Shown piece by piece: positions 36,089 through 42,655 of a stretch of DNA of 43,072 bases. Below the pieces are notes generated by a model. The model had not been told where the DNA came from and searched no databases. It saw only the letters and a list, made by a program, of their open reading frames with translations. A program made the translations under genes and the position numbers. The stretch covers positions 1 to 43,072 of the forward strand of contig JAYVXX010000094.1 of the NCBI GenBank assembly GCA_043784805.1. Reading direction: 5' to 3'. Numbering within the stretch: the stretch's first letter is position 1; every line of letters begins with the position of its first letter. The DNA is from Minisyncoccota bacterium (lineage in GTDB: Bacteria; Patescibacteriota; Minisyncoccia; Phycocordibacterales; UBA5272).

Positions 36089-36930
36089 TTCTTTCCTTTC
36101 TTTGGGGGAATTCCAATTATCGGCTGGACTCCGTACTCCTCAAGCTTGAGTCCTACTCGTTTCATTTGCCAGATGGACTCCTGGCGCCGGGTGAAACGGC
36201 TCTTGTACATGTTGATGATAAGATCGCCAGCCTCGCTGATCTCAATCCCGAGAACTTTGGTACTGACCTGCTTAATAGCAGTAGTCCCGTAGATCTTGTT
36301 CATCCCGCCAGCCTCAGCCTTTGCTGTATGAGAAACTATAATGACGGTAATTTTCAACTTCTTTACCAGAGAGTTGAGCACCATCATAAACTTACGTTGG
36401 TGGGCTAGGCGGTCTTCTCCCTTGCCGTGCTCCTCGTTGTCGAACACGAAGTTGATGTGGTCTAGGACGAATAGCTCGATACCTCGATCGTCGTGCTTAT
36501 CCTTTATCCACTGGAGGATTGTGTTAGCGCTCCACTCTCCATCAAGTACTGATGAGGGAAAAATCTCTAGGTTCTTGCTAGATTTTATCATTCTCATTCC
36601 CCCATCCCCGACAATGAGCCTGACTCGGTTGTAGACGTCTGGAATATCATCCTCAAGGATTAAAAGCCCAGTCTTCGTGCCAATTTGTAACTCATGGGAG
36701 ATCATGTTGAGCACGAAGCTCGACTTACCAATACCAGATTCACCAAAGACGGTAATGATCTCGTAGCCCATCTTATTGCCAAATCCTTGCCCCATGTACT
36801 CATCGAGCCCCGGGAATCCTGTGCTGTGCTTGTCAGTGCGCCCAAATGTAGCACGGCGGAGATCCGCCTCTTTCTCATAATCGCTTAGATATACGATCTG
36901 CTTAGACACTGGCTCCTTTCCATAAGCCAA
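36085..36930 (-). CDS. DnaB-like replicative helicase (RecA-fold domain)
   Basis: TGFPGLDEY..., VFGESGIGKSSFVLN (Walker A) and ELFVLDHINF (Walker B). 4-nt overlap with the primase gene. Confidence 0.75.
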   Translation of the reverse strand: MAYGKEPVSKQIVYLSDYEKEADLRRATFGRTDKHSTGFPGLDEYMGQGFGNKMGYEIITVFGESGIGKSSFVLNMISHELQIGTKTGLLILEDDIPDVYNRVRLIVGDGGMRMIKSSKNLEIFPSSVLDGEWSANTILQWIKDKHDDRGIELFVLDHINFVFDNEEHGKGEDRLAHQRKFMMVLNSLVKKLKITVIIVSHTAKAEAGGMNKIYGTTAIKQVSTKVLGIEISEAGDLIINMYKSRFTRRQESIWQMKRVGLKLEEYGVQPIIGIPPKKGKK

Positions 36931-37081
36931 ATCGCGGCGTGAAACTAGCTCCCTTTCCCGAAGGAGTTTTAGACATTGTGGTTCGCTTATGCTTATTGGT
37001 TATTGCCATTTTATATCGGTAATGGAAATCTTTGCAAGGTCGGTGTATAGTAATTTAAGAAATATAAGTAATAAAAAGTAT

Positions 37082-38071
37082 ATGCCTCGAGGATTGGATT
37101 ACTCGTTCGCAAGACCCTCTCCGGAGTCTATAAAGTCCGGTGGATATGACTTCATTTGCCGGTATTTGTCTCCTCAGCCAAATAAAAATATCAGCGCCCA
37201 GGAGACTGCCGCTGCGCTCGCCGCCGGTCTCTCAATTGTACTTGTATGGGAATCGACTGCGACTCGTGCACTAGATGGCTTCGCAGCCGGTGCTCAAGAT
37301 GCTCACGATGCCCTACAAGTGGCACAGGATGCTAATTGCGGGAATATACCCGCCATCTACTTTGCGGTCGATTTTGACGCCACTGAAGCAGACCAGCTGA
37401 AGATTGATGATTACCTCCACGGGGCTGCCTCAATTCTTGGTCTACCAAGAACGGGGGTATATGGTGGGTATCACATCATTAAACGGTGCTTCGACAATAG
37501 TTCCGCCTCCTGGGGCTGGCAGACATATGCTTGGTCTGGTGGTAACTGGGACAGTAGAGCCCACCTTCGTCAGGTACAAAACGGCGTATCATTTAATGGC
37601 ATGGACGTTGACATTGATGAAGCAATTGATGCAACTTTCGGCCAACTATCACCTAATGACCATGACATGGAAAACATCCAAATCATCAAAGATAATAAGC
37701 AGAATGAATTTCGTCGTGACGGTGAAGACACCGTACGTCAAATCTTCAATATTCCTAGTGAGCGATTCTTCACCGATGTACTTGGTGATAGCTTCGACAA
37801 TGTTCGCCTTGTCCCCTCTGATTGGCCGCTAGACCCTGCGTTGTGGGCTTCCGAGCGTGAGAAGCTCCGTCCACAGCTCGATGCTGCGAATGCGCGGATT
37901 CTCACCCTTCAGGCTGAGCTTGTGTCCATAACAGCGCCAAAGCCAACTCCCGATCCTACTCCAGTCCCTGAACCTATCCAACCAACCCCAACTCCTTCTC
38001 CAGTAGTTCTCCCAGGGATTAACCTTGAAGAACTACTCAAAAGTATTTGGAAACTAATCACTAAAAAATAA
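37082..38071 (+). CDS. Endolysin: DUF1906 / GH25-like glycoside-hydrolase domain, Pro/Thr linker and C-terminal amphipathic helix
   Basis: GLDYSFARP...FICRYL...AGLSIVLVWES...IPAIYFAVDFD...TGVYGGY resembles the Rv2525c-like (DUF1906) lysin domain, from memory. The ATG at 37082 is preferred over the ORF-track start at 36989. A holin-like gene follows. Confidence 0.7.
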   Translation: MPRGLDYSFARPSPESIKSGGYDFICRYLSPQPNKNISAQETAAALAAGLSIVLVWESTATRALDGFAAGAQDAHDALQVAQDANCGNIPAIYFAVDFDATEADQLKIDDYLHGAASILGLPRTGVYGGYHIIKRCFDNSSASWGWQTYAWSGGNWDSRAHLRQVQNGVSFNGMDVDIDEAIDATFGQLSPNDHDMENIQIIKDNKQNEFRRDGEDTVRQIFNIPSERFFTDVLGDSFDNVRLVPSDWPLDPALWASEREKLRPQLDAANARILTLQAELVSITAPKPTPDPTPVPEPIQPTPTPSPVVLPGINLEELLKSIWKLITKK

Positions 38072-38073
38072 TC

Positions 38074-38322
38074 ATGCCTGATACAACATACCTCTGGCTC
38101 ATCCCGGCGATCATTGGTTACACCGCAGCTATTGAAGACCAACTCCCAAGCCTTGCTAGACTTAAACCATTCATCGCCCTTACAGTGGCTATCACTATGT
38201 ATTTTGGGGCTATCCACCTCAATCAGTCCCTATTTGGCCTACTGTATGCTGTGGGAAGTTCTATGGGTCTTTATTCTTCAATAAAGGCAATTGGGACTAT
38301 TAACGTCAAAAGTAATTCATAA
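38074..38322 (+). CDS. Holin candidate (82 aa, about 3 TM segments)
   Basis: Hydrophobic segments LWLIPAIIGYTAAI, FIALTVAITMYFGAI and LFGLLYAVGSSMGLY. Starts 2 nt after the lysin stop. Confidence 0.6.
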   Translation: MPDTTYLWLIPAIIGYTAAIEDQLPSLARLKPFIALTVAITMYFGAIHLNQSLFGLLYAVGSSMGLYSSIKAIGTINVKSNS

Positions 38323-38433
38323 ATTATCCCCACCATGGAAGAAACCCCAGCTACTGTGATCGAGGTTCAGATGGTCCATCCAACTGAAGAGTATTCTATC
38401 GAAGCGGCTCCAGAAGTAGAGTAATCTACCAAC

Positions 38434-38463
38434 AAAAAGACTCCCTTATCAGGAGTCTTTTTT
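38434..38463. terminator. Bidirectional rho-independent terminator between the lysis cassette and the helicase arm
   Basis: A5, GACTCC, a 7-nt loop, GGAGTC, then T6, so it can act on either strand. Confidence 0.75.
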
Positions 38464-38515
38464 AGTTGTTCCGGCTGTCAGCCACAAAGCCCGAACAAGC
38501 TATATTTGTATTCTT

Positions 38516-38565
38516 GGCGCCTGGTTGCCGAATCGAACGGCTAGACCACCTTAGCAGGCAGGAGG
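38516..38565 (-). other. tRNA 3'-half-like element (T-arm, acceptor 3' strand, discriminator, encoded CCA)
   Basis: Minus strand reads GCCTGCT-AAGGTGGTCT-AGCCG-TTCGATT-CGGCA-ACCAGGC-G-CCA. It has a canonical G-TTCGATT-C T-loop. I could not fold a D-arm or an anticodon arm. Confidence 0.4.
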
Positions 38566-38697
38566 TTGAATCCTTATTTTTCATCACCTAGTCTCAGGTA
38601 CTTAGTAGGGGTTATTCCGATCTGTTCCCTATTGAGAGAGGCAGGACCCCGAGGATTATTCCGAGAAAGGAGGGTGGGTGTATGAAACCCACCTGCA

Positions 38698-40839
38698 TTA
38701 TGGCGCAGATGGAGAGGCATTTGCAAGTTTACCCTTCCCTGGAACCTGGAATGAGAACAGCGGCTTGTCGCTCATTAGCCCTGCATCACTCACTACTTGG
38801 TCTTGATATCCGGTCTCATTTTTAACGAGCCTAATACTTTCGACCTTACCAAGTCTTTCCGTACAGCCAGCAAGGTCATATACCTTGAGGCGCTTATCTG
38901 GCCTGTTCGGGTCTAACCGAACACCTCGACCTACCATTTGATAATACAGCGCCAAGCTCATCGTAGGACGGGCGAGCACTATTGAGTCAAGCTCTGGTAC
39001 ATCAAAACCAGTCGTGAAACAGCTCACATTGATGAGGTGCTTGAACTTACCGGCTCTGAAATCAGCAACGATCTGCTCACGCTCTTTGGCGGGTGTCTCG
39101 CCCGTGACCATCTTAGCATCGAGCCAATACTGATTGAGCATCTCACATGCTCTTTCACCTTGGCGAATCGACCCGCAAAAGATCAGGTTACGCTGGCACT
39201 TTCCGTCTATCTCCTGAATCGTGTCAGCAAGCGCTCTAAGGCGCCTATCGTCCCAAAAGCACTCCAACGAGTGTTCCGTATAGTCAGCTCCCGTACTGTT
39301 CACTTTGAGGTCTGTGAGGTCAACGTGCGGAGCAATGTAGTCGATTGGAGAAAGAAATCCCTCAGCAATAAGCTCAGGAGTTTCAACTTTGTAAACGATT
39401 CCACCGCTCCAAAAGCACGGGTGACCAATTCTCATCAACGTCTTCAGCACTGAGGTAGAGTAAAGAAATCCTTTTTTGTCCTTCTCGTACTTCTGAGTTA
39501 TGCGGTACGGCGTTGCAGTGAGTCCACAGATTTTTTTACAGTCGATGGCTTTGAGGAACTGGGTGTACATGCCGGACATGTTTTTCGGGTTAACCCCGTG
39601 GCAATTATGCACCAACACACCCCCAGCAAAATAATTGTTATTATCTTTTACCTGGAGATTGTAGACGTAACAACTGAGATTACTCTCTCCAAATCTTCCG
39701 TCACCTCCTTGTTCCAAAATCGTAATACTTTCCACCCGAGCTGGTTCAGCTTCTCGTCTTTCTTTCTGTCTTTTACTCGTCTTTTCCCAAAATGGGAGCT
39801 TCCATCTACCTCCACTGCAATCATCAGGAATGGATTTCCTAGATCTACTTTGTAGGCGGTAGGGTAATGACCAGGATTTAACTTCAGCTCCATAGTTCTT
39901 ATGGGTAATTCCGGTATCCAACCACGTCCAAGACTCTCCCAAAGCATTTGTTGTGGAACACTTAACCCAGTTCCGTTCCCACCAAGAACAAGTGGTCTGT
40001 GTCCTATTCTCTTCAAGGTATCTGACATCTTTTTCCGAGTAGCCATCTTTGCCATTGGATTCTTCTCCCTCATTCTCACTGAAGACGCTCGATCTATTCC
40101 CAATCGGCTGCATTCCTTGTGGAATATCTTGCCCATTTTGGTGAACCTCCAGTACTGATGATAATCCTTCACCATCACTATTGCTCCGCACTCTGTGCAA
40201 GGGATTTGTTCTACGGGACTCTTTTTTGATGGCATATACTATATCTCCTAACTTAATTTTCTGTGCTTGCACATACCCTTTTCCTATAACAAAAAAGGGA
40301 TGATCAGGTGTGCTTATTATAGACTCACCAGATACATCAATACAATACATTTTACTAGGGATAAGCTTTTTACTAACCGCCTCAACCATTTTTACTTCAA
40401 TGGTATTAGTCTTATGATTGTAAGAACGAATAAGATCACCGGGAGCAATGGTGTCGATACGTACACCATCTATTTGAGTTGACCCAACAAAACACTCGTC
40501 AATGAGGACGTACTTAAAATCTCTGAATAAATCCGGGGAGCGATAGATGCTGCCAATTGTGGCGTAAGTGTATTTAGAAATCTCTTTGCTACGAACACTC
40601 GCTGAATAACGCCCAATATCGGCAATTCGGTATGATTTAAGCTTGTCATAATTTTGCTCTAGGAGCTCTTTAGATGGTTGTAGGATTAGTACCGGCTCAT
40701 TCAGCCGGTGACAGATTTCAGCGATCATTAGGGACTTTCCAGCGCCCGTAGCCGCTTGGACTATGAACGGTTTGTTCTTGTCGAAGGCTCTCAGCGCCGC
40801 TTCCACAGCCTCTTCCTGATAGTGACGTAGCTTATACAT
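38698..40839 (-). CDS. SF2 DExH helicase (ResIII-like N-domain plus Helicase_C) interrupted by an intein; the extein is 416 aa
   Basis: RHYQEEAV, AATGAGKS (motif I), LIDE|CH (motif II, split), and the C-terminal domain motifs FTTGFDVPELD and QMVGRGVR. Confidence 0.85.
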   Translation of the reverse strand: MYKLRHYQEEAVEAALRAFDKNKPFIVQAATGAGKSLMIAEICHRLNEPVLILQPSKELLEQNYDKLKSYRIADIGRYSASVRSKEISKYTYATIGSIYRSPDLFRDFKYVLIDECFVGSTQIDGVRIDTIAPGDLIRSYNHKTNTIEVKMVEAVSKKLIPSKMYCIDVSGESIISTPDHPFFVIGKGYVQAQKIKLGDIVYAIKKESRRTNPLHRVRSNSDGEGLSSVLEVHQNGQDIPQGMQPIGNRSSVFSENEGEESNGKDGYSEKDVRYLEENRTQTTCSWWERNWVKCSTTNALGESWTWLDTGITHKNYGAEVKSWSLPYRLQSRSRKSIPDDCSGGRWKLPFWEKTSKRQKERREAEPARVESITILEQGGDGRFGESNLSCYVYNLQVKDNNNYFAGGVLVHNCHGVNPKNMSGMYTQFLKAIDCKKICGLTATPYRITQKYEKDKKGFLYSTSVLKTLMRIGHPCFWSGGIVYKVETPELIAEGFLSPIDYIAPHVDLTDLKVNSTGADYTEHSLECFWDDRRLRALADTIQEIDGKCQRNLIFCGSIRQGERACEMLNQYWLDAKMVTGETPAKEREQIVADFRAGKFKHLINVSCFTTGFDVPELDSIVLARPTMSLALYYQMVGRGVRLDPNRPDKRLKVYDLAGCTERLGKVESIRLVKNETGYQDQVVSDAGLMSDKPLFSFQVPGKGKLANASPSAP
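39604..40494 (-). mobile_element. Class-1 intein (297 aa) inserted in helicase motif II
   Basis: Starts with CFVGST (block A). TPDHPF supplies the block B TxxH. VYNLQVKDNNNYFAGGVLVHN followed by C gives blocks F/G with the terminal HN and a +1 Cys. Confidence 0.85.
39648..40235 (-). CDS. Free-standing Vsr/DUF559-type endonuclease ORF nested out of frame inside the intein
   Basis: 195 aa, in a different reading frame from the helicase/intein ORF ((40839-40235) mod 3 = 1). AGGAG lies 9 nt upstream of its ATG. CTEC...HKEC is a zinc-finger-like pattern. ATRKKMSDTLKRIG is NUMOD3-like. QQMLWESLGRGW...YKVDLGNPFLMIAVEVDGSSH...DRKKDEKLNQLGWKVLRFWNKEV is the DUF559/Vsr-like core. Confidence 0.7.
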   Translation of the reverse strand: MPSKKSPVEQIPCTECGAIVMVKDYHQYWRFTKMGKIFHKECSRLGIDRASSVRMREKNPMAKMATRKKMSDTLKRIGHRPLVLGGNGTGLSVPQQMLWESLGRGWIPELPIRTMELKLNPGHYPTAYKVDLGNPFLMIAVEVDGSSHFGKRRVKDRKKDEKLNQLGWKVLRFWNKEVTEDLERVISVVTSTISR

Positions 40840-40843
40840 AGGT

Positions 40844-40873
40844 TTGACTTATACTTAATTTGTGAGATATAAC
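40844..40873 (+). promoter_or_regulatory. Candidate rightward promoter (TTGACT, 17-18 nt, ATATAA/TATAAC)
   Basis: TTGACT at 40844..40849, with a -10-like hexamer at 40867..40873. Confidence 0.3.
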
Positions 40874-41045
40874 GCTGACCTGGTATTGATCGCACATAGC
40901 CTTTCAATAACCGTAGACAACCTCGACACACCTGCCCTTGCGCAGATCATGGACATTGACCTCTCTCACGCAGCATCACTTATGTCTGAAGCGGACGAGA
41001 GGTTCAATAAAGACGATCACCCAAGTTTATTTGAGGTGATAACTA

Positions 41046-41333
41046 GTGGAGTATGAATGGGCCGACATCACTTTTCTCCAGTGGGAGAATCAGAAAGGCA
41101 TCTGCACGATATGTGGAAGATACATTTGGCTAAATGCCAAGGCAATCCCCGATAAACTAATTGGCCACCATATCCACAACAAAAGCCGGGGAGGGCTCGA
41201 TACCCTCTCTAATTGCGAAGCCCGCCATGCATCTCCTTGTGAAGTGTGGGCCCATCAGGTAACTCCCGGTGGAAATCCCACCAAACATCAAATCAGTGAA
41301 TTTCGGTTCACCCTTGACCCTGCCAATCGGTAG
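41046..41333 (+). CDS. HNH endonuclease (second copy, opposite strand to its neighbours)
   Basis: GTG start with GAGGTGA 6 nt upstream. QKGICTICGRY...GHHIHNKSRGGLDTLSNCEARHASPCEVWAH. Confidence 0.65.
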   Translation: MEYEWADITFLQWENQKGICTICGRYIWLNAKAIPDKLIGHHIHNKSRGGLDTLSNCEARHASPCEVWAHQVTPGGNPTKHQISEFRFTLDPANR

Positions 41334-41343
41334 GGTCTTTTTC

Positions 41344-41586
41344 TTACCACTCACTAGCGAGAGGGGTTCTAAGTTCCTTCCCTTCCTTCCCTTCCTTCTT
41401 AGGAGCCTTAAGCATAGGGTCTACCCAATCAGGATCGAGCTTTCTTTTGCGCTTGAAGCGTTCCCTTGGCTTAAAGAAGTCCTTTGGGAAATCTTTTGCC
41501 TCATACACGATGGGAGGGTGTGACTGCGCACTGTTTGATCCTGTTGGCCCGTAGTCTATCGCCTTGTCACCAATGAATTTGACCAT
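41344..41586 (-). CDS. Hypothetical basic protein (80 aa)
   Basis: ORF containing a KKEGKEGKE stretch encoded by a TTCC/TTCCC polypyrimidine microrepeat (41376..41400). Confidence 0.45.
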   Translation of the reverse strand: MVKFIGDKAIDYGPTGSNSAQSHPPIVYEAKDFPKDFFKPRERFKRKRKLDPDWVDPMLKAPKKEGKEGKELRTPLASEW

Positions 41587-41616
41587 TGCATTATGTTACT
41601 TATTTTTACCATTGAT

Positions 41617-42192
41617 CTACCACCAATGTTGTTTTTGCCAGGCATCGTACGCATTCTTCCAAGATCCATACCGAGCCTTAGCGTATTTTGTACACCAACG
41701 AAGTTGTGTGGATATGCTTGTTTGCCAATCAGATCCCTCAGAAGCCATCTTATAGCCCGGTAAGGCTTGGCAGATACCGTAAGATCTATTATTACCATTA
41801 TGAGCCTTCCAGACGTCATCCTTAAGCACATAGTAATCACAGTCGATTGCTCCGCCGTTTACTTTGCAAGGAGACCACGATCCTTCGTGATTAATAATGT
41901 ACTCAACAAAATGATAATCCGATTCTGCAATCCCCGCCTCAATCATTAGATCGGTATGATCGTATGATGGGATGGGTGCAGTTCTGACGATTATCTTATG
42001 CGGCGCAGGTGTAGAAACCGCCTTAGGCGGGATAGTTTTTTCAGGTTCGGGGCTCGCTGTCGGCATCGCCGGAGCGGGCATTGTACTTGGAGGCTCTACT
42101 TTCTCTTTTTCTCCAGCGAGAGTAGGAGTAAGTGACGGGAGCGAGGCAACAAGTGCGGTCGCTCCTATCGCGAGCACTTTTTTGTAGTGCAT
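41617..42192 (-). CDS. Secreted protein with a transglycosylase-like / Apf-C-terminal-like domain
   Basis: Signal-peptide-like N-terminus (MHYKKVLAIGATALVASLPSLTPTLAG), a Pro-rich linker, then YIINHEGSW...SYGICQALPGYKMASEGSDW...RYGSWKNAYDAWQKQHWW. Confidence 0.45.
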   Translation of the reverse strand: MHYKKVLAIGATALVASLPSLTPTLAGEKEKVEPPSTMPAPAMPTASPEPEKTIPPKAVSTPAPHKIIVRTAPIPSYDHTDLMIEAGIAESDYHFVEYIINHEGSWSPCKVNGGAIDCDYYVLKDDVWKAHNGNNRSYGICQALPGYKMASEGSDWQTSISTQLRWCTKYAKARYGSWKNAYDAWQKQHWW

Positions 42193-42228
42193 GAAAATAG
42201 TTTACCATGATTTACAAAGTCCACTCAA

Positions 42229-42420
42229 TTATTCTCCTTTAATCTCGTTATAACCCATCTCTAAATCACTCCAAGCTTGCTCATCATCCCAACTAAGAGA
42301 ACCCCGGTTTAGGGAGTCTATGATTGAGGAGATGAGTAGTCGTACTTTCCAGCGAGGGAAATCACTCATTCTCCCTAGATTCTCAGCCATTTCACGAATA
42401 TCACGGCGAGATGGTTTCAT
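42229..42420 (-). CDS. Hypothetical protein (63 aa)
   Basis: ORF with an ATGA overlap with the upstream micro-ORF. Confidence 0.5.
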   Translation of the reverse strand: MKPSRRDIREMAENLGRMSDFPRWKVRLLISSIIDSLNRGSLSWDDEQAWSDLEMGYNEIKGE

Positions 42421-42566
42421 TGCTGGTCAAACTGGATAAATGATTCTAGGTTAGTATCTTGTTTTTCTTTCTCAATAAACTCCACTAGCTCATCTAGATT
42501 GAAGCTGGGATGTCCATTGATGTCGTGGGCTTCCATGATAGTGATTAGTCGTTCTTCAAGGGTCAT
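42417..42566 (-). CDS. Hypothetical acidic protein (49 aa)
   Basis: MTLEERLITIMEAHDINGHPSFNLDELVEFIEKEKQDTNLESFIQFDQQ. Stop-start overlaps at both ends. Confidence 0.4.
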   Translation of the reverse strand: MTLEERLITIMEAHDINGHPSFNLDELVEFIEKEKQDTNLESFIQFDQQ

Positions 42567-42655
42567 GATATGGCTTTAGCAATAATAAACGCTGTCATCA
42601 TTCCTAGAAAGAAACTGGTTGTAAGTGCTATTGCTAGCTGTATTGCTTCAGTCAT
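42563..42655 (-). CDS. Micro membrane peptide (30 aa)
   Basis: MTEAIQLAIALTTSFFLGMMTAFIIAKAIS. Overlaps the stop of the upstream gene by 8 nt and forms an ATGA overlap downstream. Confidence 0.35.
   Translation of the reverse strand: MTEAIQLAIALTTSFFLGMMTAFIIAKAIS

Noticed and set aside
36989-37081. The ORF-track start (36989) for the lysin
   Set aside because: The first 31 codons (MLIGYCHFISVMEIFARSVYSNLRNISNKKY) lie in the divergent intergenic region next to the DnaB-like gene's start and look non-coding. The conserved lysin domain begins right after the ATG at 37082.
38516-38600. A complete tRNA gene, or a functional attP site
   Set aside because: Only the T-arm, acceptor 3' strand and CCA are present. 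I could not form a D-arm or a 5+7+5 anticodon arm, and no matching 5' acceptor strand lies at tRNA distance. No integrase or excisionase was found, so attP is kept only as a remnant hypothesis.
40862-41056. 64-aa GTG-initiated ORF upstream of the second HNH
   Set aside because: Its start falls inside the candidate promoter. It has no SD or motif, and it overlaps the HNH start out of frame. It may be real from an internal ATG (40949), but this is unsupported.
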